Positions 9,619-18,374 of a stretch of 64,000 nt of DNA are shown here, in pieces; within the stretch, counting starts at the first letter, position 1, and the number at the start of each line of letters is the position of its first letter. Position numbers and translations under genes: made by a program. The stretch covers positions 124,001 to 188,000 of IMG/VR virus record IMGVR_UViG_3300017987_000001; one strand, given 5' to 3'. Below the pieces are notes generated by a model, which was not told where the DNA came from, searched no databases, and was given only the letters and a program-made list of their open reading frames with translations.

Positions 9619-10310
9619 CAGTATCCGCCACCCTGTGCCGCGAACGGGTTCGGCGGAAGCCCGTAGCCAGCTTCCTGCGTCGCTGCCGCGAGCTGCGCAT
9701 CGTGCCCGCCCGGACCCATCTGCGGACCGGCCCACTGCTGCGGGCCGTAGTCGTACTGTTCGCCGCCCATACCAAGCCACTCAGGCGGCAGGAACATCGA
9801 CGCGAAGCCGAGCGTCTCAGCGCCGCCAAGCGCCGAGCGGCCAATACGCGCGGCCTGCCCGAGATTGCCGACGTTGGCCGGGTTCACGAGCTTGCCACCA
9901 GCGCGCGCCATAGCGCCCGGGTTCTTGAAGGTCTTGAGCAAGCGACTACCGGCACCGCTGAACCCGAGACGATTCAGGAGTCCGCCAAGCCCGCGCCCAC
10001 CGTACTGAACCGTCTTACCGATGTTGGTAGCGAGGCGGGTGGGTGTTCGACTCAGGAACTTGAGACCCAAGCCGCGCCCGAGCTTACCAATACCGCTGAG
10101 AAGCGGGCGTCCGAAGGCGAGAATCATCTGAAGCATCTGCGGATTGATGGCCTTCTTCTCCATCTTCGCCTGCTTCACAAGCCCAGCAAGCGCGACGGCC
10201 TGCGCCTTGACGAGCTTCTTGCGCACCTTCCGCTGACGTTGCTTCTTGTAGTCGCACGCGCGCTTCAGCACGAAGAGTGCCTCTTCTTTGGTCAGGATTG
10301 GCATCGGCAT
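9618..10310 (-). CDS. Putative virion protein, basic and Gly-rich (230 aa)
   Basis: ORF track; VKQAKMEKKAIN motif followed by amphipathic/Gly-rich segments. Confidence 0.7.
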   Translation of the reverse strand: MPMPILTKEEALFVLKRACDYKKQRQRKVRKKLVKAQAVALAGLVKQAKMEKKAINPQMLQMILAFGRPLLSGIGKLGRGLGLKFLSRTPTRLATNIGKTVQYGGRGLGGLLNRLGFSGAGSRLLKTFKNPGAMARAGGKLVNPANVGNLGQAARIGRSALGGAETLGFASMFLPPEWLGMGGEQYDYGPQQWAGPQMGPGGHDAQLAAATQEAGYGLPPNPFAAQGGGY

Positions 10311-10383
10311 CCTCCGATGCGCTGAATAGTTCTGCTCCGCATGAGCAATCTACTTGTTCAGCGCGAATGGCGCAAGAGTGATC

Positions 10384-11283
10384 TTACTTCTTGACCTTCC
10401 TGCGAGCGTACTTCTTCTTGCTGTGCTTTGGTCCGCACTTCGCGGACTTGTCACTCGACCCCTTGAACAGTTCGCTGCCGCCACCGATACCTGCGCCAGT
10501 GAGTCCGCCAAGCGCGAGCGAGCCAAGCGAAGGAGTCATGGAAATCTGATCGCCGATCCCCGGCATCTTGGCCTTGATAAGCAGCTTCGCGAGTAGTTCA
10601 GTCAGCGCTGCAGCCCCTGCTCCGCCAATCGCGCCACCGCCTGCGCCGCGACCAACGCGTCCCCAGTTCACGCCCTCATCCTTCTTTTCCTTCTTGTCGT
10701 CCTCGTCGGCAGCACGCTTACGGAACGCGAGCTTCTGCGCCATGCTGTCGAGCAGGTCGTGGCGGCCAAGCTCCTTGATCGCCGCCGCGACCTTCTTCAG
10801 TCGCTTGCGTCGACCGAGACCCATGAACGCCTGCTTGGTAGCCTCGTCCCGGAACTCGATCTTCAGTGGCATGGATAGGTTGAGCGCGCCCTGCGCGTCG
10901 ACCTTCGCATCCTCGATCGCTTCGACTAGCTCGTCGCAGAACGCGTTCGTGGCTTCCTTGGTGAGCGAGCCAGCCGTCAGCTTCGACAGCGCCTCGGATA
11001 GGCCGTAATCCTCGACGACAACCTCCTGCGCCTTCTGTGCGGCCGACTTGATCGTGACTGGGTGCTTGAACATGACCCTATTCCCTTCCAACGTTCCTCC
11101 CATGGCGGCGCAGGCAACTGCCGTTTCGAGATGCTCTGCAACCTTCGATAGCTCTATTTCGAGCGGCGGTACTTCTTCCTTCTTCCGTCCGACAAGGCTC
11201 TTCGTGAACTTGTCGGCAAGTACCCCCGCGATCTTGATATGATCGCCGGTAGCCTCAGAGATCACAAGATGGATATCACTCAT
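10384..11283 (-). CDS. Putative virion protein with C-terminal glycine zippers
   Basis: Start at MSDIHL (RBS GGAG); many KxA motifs; GAGGGAIGGAGAAAL and LALGGLTGAGIGGG segments. Confidence 0.7.
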   Translation of the reverse strand: MSDIHLVISEATGDHIKIAGVLADKFTKSLVGRKKEEVPPLEIELSKVAEHLETAVACAAMGGTLEGNRVMFKHPVTIKSAAQKAQEVVVEDYGLSEALSKLTAGSLTKEATNAFCDELVEAIEDAKVDAQGALNLSMPLKIEFRDEATKQAFMGLGRRKRLKKVAAAIKELGRHDLLDSMAQKLAFRKRAADEDDKKEKKDEGVNWGRVGRGAGGGAIGGAGAAALTELLAKLLIKAKMPGIGDQISMTPSLGSLALGGLTGAGIGGGSELFKGSSDKSAKCGPKHSKKKYARRKVKK

Positions 11284-11425
11284 CGGACTCACTCCTGTTC
11301 TTCCACGCCGCATCAAACTGCCGACGCCATATCCAGTGCCGCACGGTACTCGCGAGCGCCGGTGTTATCGCTACAACCAACAGAACAACTAGAAGAAAGA
11401 TGTTCAGGTTATCGGTATCGCTCAT
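11276..11425 (-). CDS. Small single-TM membrane protein (49 aa)
   Basis: Start at MSDTDN just after the RNAP stop; hydrophobic IFLLVVLLVVAITPALA. Confidence 0.55.
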   Translation of the reverse strand: MSDTDNLNIFLLVVLLVVAITPALASTVRHWIWRRQFDAAWKNRSESDE

Positions 11426-11426
11426 A

Positions 11427-14400
11427 TCACTTCCCGAACTGCACGGAGTCGCCCACGCGCAGTTCACCCCTCTTGTAAGCGCGCAGGACGTCGGCCTTCG
11501 ACATGAAGGTCTTCACACGCTTGTCCTTGGCCGTCGATGCGAGGTACAGCCCGTGCAGGAACTCCTGCCTTGGGAAGTAGTGCACGTCGAAGTCGGATGC
11601 CGCGAGGAGGTTCCGACTCGGCATCATCTTGTCGACCGCTTCTTCCACCGCCGCCTTGCTCACCGGCACATGGAAATTCATAGCGTCACCGTCGAAGTCG
11701 GCGTTGAATCCCGGCGTCACGATGGGCGGAATCTGCAGCGTGTTGCCCTTGGTGATGATTGGCCACGCCGCCATCATGCCGTAACGGTGAAGCACCGGCG
11801 CGCGGTTGATGATGACCGGCCGACGACCAGTCTCTTCGAGCAGCGCCTTGTACGCCACCTGATCCTGATTCTCGATCGCCTTGGCCGCAGCCATCGCGCC
11901 CATGCCGCGCCGAACGAGGTTGCGCATCACGAACGGACGGTAAAGCACCCACGCCTTGCTCTCGGGGAGGCCGACCTGATCCATGCCAAGACTGGGGTTC
12001 GGCGTGATCACGCCTCGACCAACGGTGTCGACAGCCGCCCCGAGCACCTTCTGCTGATACATGCCCAGCTTCGGGCTCGATCCGAAGATGTGGCGCAGCA
12101 AACCGCCGACCTGCTTCTCCTGCGTCTTCGCAGCGACCGGATCACCGAGACCCGTGACCGCCTTGTATGCCTTGTAGAGCCGCAGGCGCTCGTCACCAAG
12201 CTCGTCGTCGCCGAGATCGTTGCGCAGCTCGCGCAGGTCGTCGTTGACGCTCATGAGATCCGCGTAGAGGTAGTTCGGATCATCCACGAACGTCGTCTTG
12301 TTGAAGGTGGTGATCGGGCGGAAGTTCGGAGGAAGCACCGGAACCTTCGTCAGCATGAGGTCGGACGGCTTCTGTCCCGCCTGCTTCAGCGTGCGCAGGT
12401 AGCCAAGTACCTTCACGGCGTTATCGCGCTTCGCGCCGGTCGCCTCGCGCACCTGCGAGGAGTAGTGCTCGATCGCGTCGTCGACTTTGATACGCTTGAG
12501 CGCGCTCAGGATCGCCTTCGACCCGCGCTCACCGTTCAAGTCGTCGCGTCCGGCAATGATCCGCTCCAGCTTGTTCTGCGTCAGCCCGAGCATGCGGCGA
12601 ATCGGCTCTTCCATCACAGGATTCGGGATAGGCTCAGCGAGGTCGATGTGAGACCAGCGCGTGCCACCATGGCCGCCGGTGAGGCCGACATCGAAGAGGC
12701 CGCCCTTCACCGGCTCCATGGCGTCTCCCGTGACCGTGTCGTTCTTCTTGATCGGTCCGGCGGACATCTTATCGATGTCCTTATCCGTCATGGCAAACAG
12801 ATGCAGCTGCTCGCCCTTCTTCTTGAGGTTGATCCCCGACGCCTGAAGCATGCTCAGGAACTTGTCGTAGATCATCGGAACCTTCGGGCTTGCAGGCGTG
12901 TACCCGAGTCGGAGCGCACGCCAGAAGTCGTCATTGCGCTGCCCGCGCACGAGCTTGGCGTCGCGGATGACATCGGTCGCACCGTGGCTGATGAGCGCCA
13001 TCATCTCGCCGACGCCGATACGCTTCGAGCCTTCTTGGCCGCCACCTGCGGGCATGCCCTCAGCCGTGTACGAGCCGATGTCGCGGCCGGAGAGCTTCGG
13101 CTCGGCCATGTGGTGAAGCTTCATCATGTACGTGTAGCCCGTGAAGACCTTCGGGATCTTCCGACCGCTCACCGGATCATGGATATCCTCGGTGTCGCTC
13201 ATCCCGTGCTTCTGCAGTTCCTTCTTCGCGAGCGTGACATAGCTCTCGTCCATGAAGCCCGGCAGCTTGTAGGGCACGCCGGTCTTCTTCGCGATCTTGC
13301 CCAACGCGGTCTCGATGAGCTGCGCCGGGTTGATACGGCTCACGATGCCGAGCGACGACAGCGTGATGTCGAACGGCTTGCCGTCCTTGTCGTGCGGCAT
13401 CTGATCGTCGGGGATGATCTTCGAGATGACGCCCTTGCCGCCGTAGCGATTGGAGAGCTTGTCGCCGACGTGCATTGGCGAGTACGCCTTCACGATGACC
13501 TTCCAGCCCTCCTTCGTCTTGTCGACATCCGTGACCACGCCTTCCGACTCGTGATCCCACGTCTCGGACGCGTCGCTGTAGAGCGTCTTGCGTGCGCGCA
13601 GCATTCCGCCGCCAGACGGCTTACGCTTGGAGATCGACAGCACCAGCGGATCACCGAACTTCACCTTCGTGCCGATCTTCACGACGCCATTGTCATCGAT
13701 CGTCGACATCTGCTGCTTGTCAAAGGTGCCCGGATAGATCGACATATACGACTTCTTGCCTGCCTCCTGATTGTCAGACTGCTGGTACTTCGTCGTGTAC
13801 ATGTGCTCGCTGGCGAGACGCTTCGCAGCTGACTCACTGAGTACGAGCGCGTCATCGGCGTTGTACCCACGATATGGCAGGTATGCGACCTTCAGGTTCA
13901 TTCCGGAGGCCACTGCCCCTGTGTCGTCGGTGAAGTTGCTTCGAGCGAGCAGCTGACCGGGAGCGACAGGATCTCCAACTCGTACGACAGGAGTGTTGTG
14001 GAGGTAGGTCTTCCGGTTGAAGGGGAAGTTGTTATAGAGATCGTAAGAGACCTTCTCTCCGTCGGCATAGCGCACGACGACCTTATCCTTAGTGATCTCA
14101 GCAACCGACCCCATACCCTCTGCACGAACCGCACCAGCCCGATCACCATAGATCTCCTCGAAGCTGCGTCCCGAACCATCATCGGCGAGGTTCTGAACGA
14201 GCGGAGCCTCGGCATTGCGAAGCGGCAGCGCCTGCGTCGCCATCTTCGCGCCCATGAGCAGACGGCCACCCTTGATCGCACTGACCATGGGGACCATGTT
14301 CGCCGTCGCCGTGAACATGTGGCTCGTGTGCGGCAGCTCGAAGTCGACATCCTTACGCTTCACGTACGCGAGCTTCTTGCCACGGATCATCGCTCGCACT

Positions 14401-16925
14401 TCTTTGCCCTTGCGCGCAAGCTCGCCGGGGAATGCGATGATGCTCTTGGCCATCTTGCTGGCGCTGATGCGGCGCGGCTTGCCGGTCTTCGCGTCGAGCA
14501 TGTCAACGTAGATGTTCCCGTCCGAACCCTTGTACGTCCGGTGCGTGATGCGGCTGTCAACACCAATCTTCATGCCTTCGGGCGCACGAATGGGGTCGAT
14601 CACGCCGAAGTGCGACGGCTGCACGGCACGCGCTTCGTCGGGAACAGCGTCGAGACCGGGCATTCCGCCCTCACCCATGCGGGTGACGCGCACGAGCTGG
14701 TCGAAGATCTCAAGCGGGTTCACCTCTTCGAGCGGAGCTGCGAGACCGCTCTTGAGCAGCACAAGTCGAAGCTGCGGCGAGAGCGCGCCCGCCGGGAACT
14801 TCGAGACGTTGCCCTTGTTGGTAGCACGCCACAGCAGCTTACGGGACATGCCGCCAGCGTCACGGGCGATACGCTCGGCGAAGAGATCCTCGGGGCCGAA
14901 CACGCGCTGAAATGCGAGCGAGTCGCGATCGTCCGTATCCGCCTTGCGCTGGTTGATGTCGATGAGCTTCTTCGTGACTTCGGCGATCACTTCGGGCGAC
15001 AGCTTGTCGATCTTGCGGCCAAGCGTCATCTCGGTCGTGTCGGGGTCAACTTCCATCTTCTCGAAGACACCACGCATCTGAAGACCCATGTCATCATCCG
15101 CGCGCTTCTCCATCGCTGCGTCACGCCCCACGAACTGCACGAACGCGCGCTTGATCTCGTCGACCGGCAGCATGGCCTTCAGCTCTTCGAGCGTGGTGAA
15201 GCGGCGCGGAAGCGTCTTCTCCTTCTTCACGGCTTTGAGCTGCTTCTCGACCTTCGCCTGATCGGCCGCCGGGTTGCCCTTGATGTCCTGATTGGCCTGC
15301 TGCTGACGCTCGATCAGCTGCATCGGCTCTTCGTTCTCCATCATCTCTTCGGCGGGCATCGACATGTCGACAACATCGGCGAGCTTCGTCGCCATCGCGC
15401 TCTTGACGAGCGTGTCGGAGATCGCTTCCTCAATCGCGTTCGTCACGGCAAGGAACGCGTTGGCCGTCTTCTCCTCGACGCCGTCGAACAGCGCTGCGAT
15501 CTTCGAAGCGCCACGCGGCTGCTTCTTGGGCTTCACGGCGACGGTGATGTGGAACTGGAACTCCTTGCCGCTGTCATCGCCGCGCGGAAGCTCCTCGAAT
15601 CCGAGCGACTTGCGATGAGCACGCAGCTCGGGCGACTTCGCTTCGAGGAACCATACGCGATCCATCTCATCCCAGCCCTCGGGGTCGAGATCGACGATGG
15701 CGTTCTGCAAACTGAAGGGGAACTTGCGGCCATTACCGCATGCGGTCTTCCACTTCTTGCCGTACTTCCCGATCAGCTGCTTCGCTTCCCAGTTGCGCAG
15801 AACGCTGATGTGCGGGAGATCGAAGCGCGACTCGCAGTCGACGTCCTGATCCTTCAGCGCCTGATACGCAGCCTCGGGCAGTCCCTTGTGGATCTTGAGG
15901 TACGCCCACGGCTTGTCCGAATCCGAATCGTCGCATACCAGCTCGCCGACGAACTTCGCGCGGCGGCGGTTACCTTCCTCGTCCTCCTGCGCAGCCTTGG
16001 CGAACTTGAACTCGCTGCCCACCCAGAGCATGCACCAGCCGGTCGGCGCGACGAAGCCCTGCACCCGGCGGCACGCGTTGACGCCGTTGAAGTTCTTGCA
16101 GCTGGAGCACTGCTGGAAGAATCCCGACATCGTGTAGTTCACGTCGCCCTTGGAGGTCTTGCCGTAGCCGACGTGCTCCTCGGAGTAGCCAAAGAACGCT
16201 GCCTTCTCGGTAGCGTCGGTGTCCTGCTGCTCGGGAGGGGTCTCCTCGGGCTTCTTCGAAACAAGCTTGTGATACGCGCGCTGAACGGCACGCGGGTCGG
16301 ACGCAGCAACGTTCGCCTGCAGCAGGTCCGGTCCCCACGTCTCGTTGAGCTTGCGGTCGTCGTAACCCATCGAGCGAAGGATCGGATAGAGCTTGAGGTT
16401 CGCCTGCCCGACGTTCATGCGGAAGACGCCGGTCTCCGGCTCCATGTAGACCCTGAAGCTGCGCCCCGTGCCACCCTTGACGTTAAAGTGGGCCTCGATG
16501 ATGCCGTTGTCCTTAACTCGACTGTAGATGCCGGGGCGCAGCCTCATTTGGGACGCTACGGTATACTCGTTGCCGTTGAAGACGAACGTACCACGATCGG
16601 TGAGATACGGAACCTGAGCGATGAGCCGTTGGTTAGTCTTGTCGACAATCTTGCCGGATGCGTTATCGACAAGTTCCCACCGACCAGCGAGCTTCCATCC
16701 GAGCGTCTGGCCGCGCATGATCGCCCGCTTCTGCTCGGAGTTGGTGTACTGCTTCGGCTTCACGTACTTCACGTCGTTCAGCCGCAGCGTGTAGCGCTGG
16801 TTCGTCATCGGGAAGCGCTCTTCGATCGCCTTCTGCACGTTCGTGAACAGAAGCTGGCGCGTCGAGCGCACGTCGTCGAACTCACGCATCGTAGGTTCGT
16901 TGGGAGCAGCGATTACGTCGGCCAT
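11427..16925 (-). CDS. rpoBC: Multisubunit RNA polymerase: beta fused to N-terminal half of beta', with a ~370 aa internal insertion
   Basis: beta motifs GTFVFNG, HFGVIDPIRAPEG, RLLMGAKM, GYNADD, GDKLSNRYGGKG, YMMKLHH. beta' motifs VPVLPPNFRP, NRAPVLH and catalytic NADFDGD. Confidence 0.97.
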   Translation of the reverse strand: MADVIAAPNEPTMREFDDVRSTRQLLFTNVQKAIEERFPMTNQRYTLRLNDVKYVKPKQYTNSEQKRAIMRGQTLGWKLAGRWELVDNASGKIVDKTNQRLIAQVPYLTDRGTFVFNGNEYTVASQMRLRPGIYSRVKDNGIIEAHFNVKGGTGRSFRVYMEPETGVFRMNVGQANLKLYPILRSMGYDDRKLNETWGPDLLQANVAASDPRAVQRAYHKLVSKKPEETPPEQQDTDATEKAAFFGYSEEHVGYGKTSKGDVNYTMSGFFQQCSSCKNFNGVNACRRVQGFVAPTGWCMLWVGSEFKFAKAAQEDEEGNRRRAKFVGELVCDDSDSDKPWAYLKIHKGLPEAAYQALKDQDVDCESRFDLPHISVLRNWEAKQLIGKYGKKWKTACGNGRKFPFSLQNAIVDLDPEGWDEMDRVWFLEAKSPELRAHRKSLGFEELPRGDDSGKEFQFHITVAVKPKKQPRGASKIAALFDGVEEKTANAFLAVTNAIEEAISDTLVKSAMATKLADVVDMSMPAEEMMENEEPMQLIERQQQANQDIKGNPAADQAKVEKQLKAVKKEKTLPRRFTTLEELKAMLPVDEIKRAFVQFVGRDAAMEKRADDDMGLQMRGVFEKMEVDPDTTEMTLGRKIDKLSPEVIAEVTKKLIDINQRKADTDDRDSLAFQRVFGPEDLFAERIARDAGGMSRKLLWRATNKGNVSKFPAGALSPQLRLVLLKSGLAAPLEEVNPLEIFDQLVRVTRMGEGGMPGLDAVPDEARAVQPSHFGVIDPIRAPEGMKIGVDSRITHRTYKGSDGNIYVDMLDAKTGKPRRISASKMAKSIIAFPGELARKGKEVRAMIRGKKLAYVKRKDVDFELPHTSHMFTATANMVPMVSAIKGGRLLMGAKMATQALPLRNAEAPLVQNLADDGSGRSFEEIYGDRAGAVRAEGMGSVAEITKDKVVVRYADGEKVSYDLYNNFPFNRKTYLHNTPVVRVGDPVAPGQLLARSNFTDDTGAVASGMNLKVAYLPYRGYNADDALVLSESAAKRLASEHMYTTKYQQSDNQEAGKKSYMSIYPGTFDKQQMSTIDDNGVVKIGTKVKFGDPLVLSISKRKPSGGGMLRARKTLYSDASETWDHESEGVVTDVDKTKEGWKVIVKAYSPMHVGDKLSNRYGGKGVISKIIPDDQMPHDKDGKPFDITLSSLGIVSRINPAQLIETALGKIAKKTGVPYKLPGFMDESYVTLAKKELQKHGMSDTEDIHDPVSGRKIPKVFTGYTYMMKLHHMAEPKLSGRDIGSYTAEGMPAGGGQEGSKRIGVGEMMALISHGATDVIRDAKLVRGQRNDDFWRALRLGYTPASPKVPMIYDKFLSMLQASGINLKKKGEQLHLFAMTDKDIDKMSAGPIKKNDTVTGDAMEPVKGGLFDVGLTGGHGGTRWSHIDLAEPIPNPVMEEPIRRMLGLTQNKLERIIAGRDDLNGERGSKAILSALKRIKVDDAIEHYSSQVREATGAKRDNAVKVLGYLRTLKQAGQKPSDLMLTKVPVLPPNFRPITTFNKTTFVDDPNYLYADLMSVNDDLRELRNDLGDDELGDERLRLYKAYKAVTGLGDPVAAKTQEKQVGGLLRHIFGSSPKLGMYQQKVLGAAVDTVGRGVITPNPSLGMDQVGLPESKAWVLYRPFVMRNLVRRGMGAMAAAKAIENQDQVAYKALLEETGRRPVIINRAPVLHRYGMMAAWPIITKGNTLQIPPIVTPGFNADFDGDAMNFHVPVSKAAVEEAVDKMMPSRNLLAASDFDVHYFPRQEFLHGLYLASTAKDKRVKTFMSKADVLRAYKRGELRVGDSVQFGK
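15520..15960 (-). other. 2H phosphoesterase-like domain inserted in RNAP beta
   Basis: Two H-x-[ST]-hydrophobic motifs: PHISVL (H372) and FHITVAV (H459), 87 aa apart. Confidence 0.75.
16023..16146 (-). other. HiPIP-like 4-Cys (putative Fe-S) domain inserted in RNAP beta
   Basis: CSSC-x8-C-x11-WC-x2-W (..PTGWCMLW) matches the HiPIP cysteine spacing. Confidence 0.65.
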
Positions 16926-18016
16926 CAGATCGGCTCCTCCGCGATTGTCTCTTTCTCGCCCGGATCTTTACGGTACGCCACAAGCGGCGTCGGTGTGGCA
17001 AGTGCGCGCCGCTTGAGCAGCCGCTCCAGTGTCTGCGAACGCTTGCGTCCTTCGTCATGCTTCTTCGCGTAACGCCACGCGCCTGCACCGGCCGCGCCGG
17101 TCAGCATCATCAGGCTGAGCAGGTAGAGTCCGGCAATCCCGCTTCCGGCTCCGGTCCACGGCCCCGGTGTCGTAGCCTCGACCGGATCACCCCAGCCTTC
17201 GCCATTAGCCTTCTTCTGCATGATCTCGGCAATCTTCGTGAAGTTGCCGCGCGAGAAGATATCGGCGAGATGGTCGACCCGCTCGGCGAGACTCGCGACC
17301 TTCTGGCCACTGTACTCGGATTCGAGCGCTTTCTGGAACTCTTCTTCTGCCTGCGCACGCTCGCGCTCGATGCGCTTCTTGCGTAGTTCGTCGTAGTGCT
17401 TGCCCGCGAAGTGCGACGTGAGTCCAGCTGCAGTGATCGGCAAGCCGACAAGCATCGACGCGCCGAGCGGATGGGTGATCGGATTGTCGGTGGGTTGGAA
17501 GAGATTCCCGAGCGCGCCCTTGAGATCCATGCCGCCGAGCAGGTTCTTGACGTACTTGTAGATCAGCGGCGACATCAGCGCGCCGCCCGCAAGTGCGATC
17601 GGCAAGCCGTAGCCCGCTTCCTTCTCGCTCGCGGCTTTGATGGGTACTTCAAGCTCCTGCTTCGGGAGCTTCAGCTTCGCGCCCGCTCGCTCGGTATCGA
17701 GATACTCGGTCATGAGCTTCTTGCGTCGCTTCTCGGCCTTCTCGAAGCTTCGCTTCTTCAGTGCAGCCACGAGTGCAACCGCCGGTATGCCGAGCAGAGC
17801 ACCGCCGCCGACGGCCTTCAGGAAGCTGCGCCAGCCCACGGGCATTCCACCGATGTCGCCACCGAGCCCCTCGACCTCCTTCGCGAGGTCGCCGCTGGCG
17901 CTGAAGCGGTCAACAACGTCGTCGAGACTGAGTTCGGCCTCCTTCAGCATCTCATCGCTGATAGGGGCACCCTCGGTCTCGGACGCCTGCTTGATTGCGA
18001 GTGCAAGCTGTCCCAT
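16925..18016 (-). CDS. Putative virion/ejection protein with four Gly/Ala-rich hydrophobic segments
   Basis: Start at MGQLAL; hydrophobic segments alternate with basic helices; KQAS, KEAG, KVAS, KIAE, KKAN motifs. Confidence 0.7.
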   Translation of the reverse strand: MGQLALAIKQASETEGAPISDEMLKEAELSLDDVVDRFSASGDLAKEVEGLGGDIGGMPVGWRSFLKAVGGGALLGIPAVALVAALKKRSFEKAEKRRKKLMTEYLDTERAGAKLKLPKQELEVPIKAASEKEAGYGLPIALAGGALMSPLIYKYVKNLLGGMDLKGALGNLFQPTDNPITHPLGASMLVGLPITAAGLTSHFAGKHYDELRKKRIERERAQAEEEFQKALESEYSGQKVASLAERVDHLADIFSRGNFTKIAEIMQKKANGEGWGDPVEATTPGPWTGAGSGIAGLYLLSLMMLTGAAGAGAWRYAKKHDEGRKRSQTLERLLKRRALATPTPLVAYRKDPGEKETIAEEPI

Positions 18017-18017
18017 A

Positions 18018-18374
18018 TCAGAACCCTCTCTGCGGGTTGTACACATACAGATCGGCCCACCGCAGGAAGACACGCCAGTTCTTCGTCTCCGGATCGTACT
18101 CCCGGTCCTCAGCAGAGATGACTGCATGCCCGTTGGAGTACATCGTGTAGATGTCCGCCATGCGCTTGCGATCCTTCTCGTCACTCATATCGAGAATCTC
18201 GACGTGAGCACGCACGCCCTGCTTGGGCTGCATATGATCGGGATCGTCGTTCTTCAGGTCGGGCACATGGCCACGGAACGGGAGACCGTCCATGCCCGGA
18301 AGAATCGCGGGCATGTCGCGCTGCCCATTGGATGGATCGATCAGCTTGCCGTCGATATCCCAGCGATCAGCCAT
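18018..18374 (-). CDS. Hypothetical protein (118 aa)
   Basis: ORF track; tightly packed in the operon. Confidence 0.7.
   Translation of the reverse strand: MADRWDIDGKLIDPSNGQRDMPAILPGMDGLPFRGHVPDLKNDDPDHMQPKQGVRAHVEILDMSDEKDRKRMADIYTMYSNGHAVISAEDREYDPETKNWRVFLRWADLYVYNPQRGF

Noticed and set aside
15099-16208. RNAP insertion as an intein or intron
   Set aside because: There is no Cys/Ser N-terminal block, no HN/HQ end and no HINT motifs, and the reading frame is uninterrupted.
3628-16925. Host chromosomal rpoBC locus
   Set aside because: There are no flanking ribosomal-protein, nusG or tuf genes; the neighbours are a portal-like gene, phage-type replication genes and many small unknown ORFs.
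11400-17072. Long plus-strand ORFs (11400-13832, 13998-17072), and similar ones such as 8103-9455, 33939-35381 and 61076-62548
   Set aside because: They are antisense shadows of real minus-strand genes in GC-rich DNA, with Arg/Leu/His-rich translations and no recognisable motifs.
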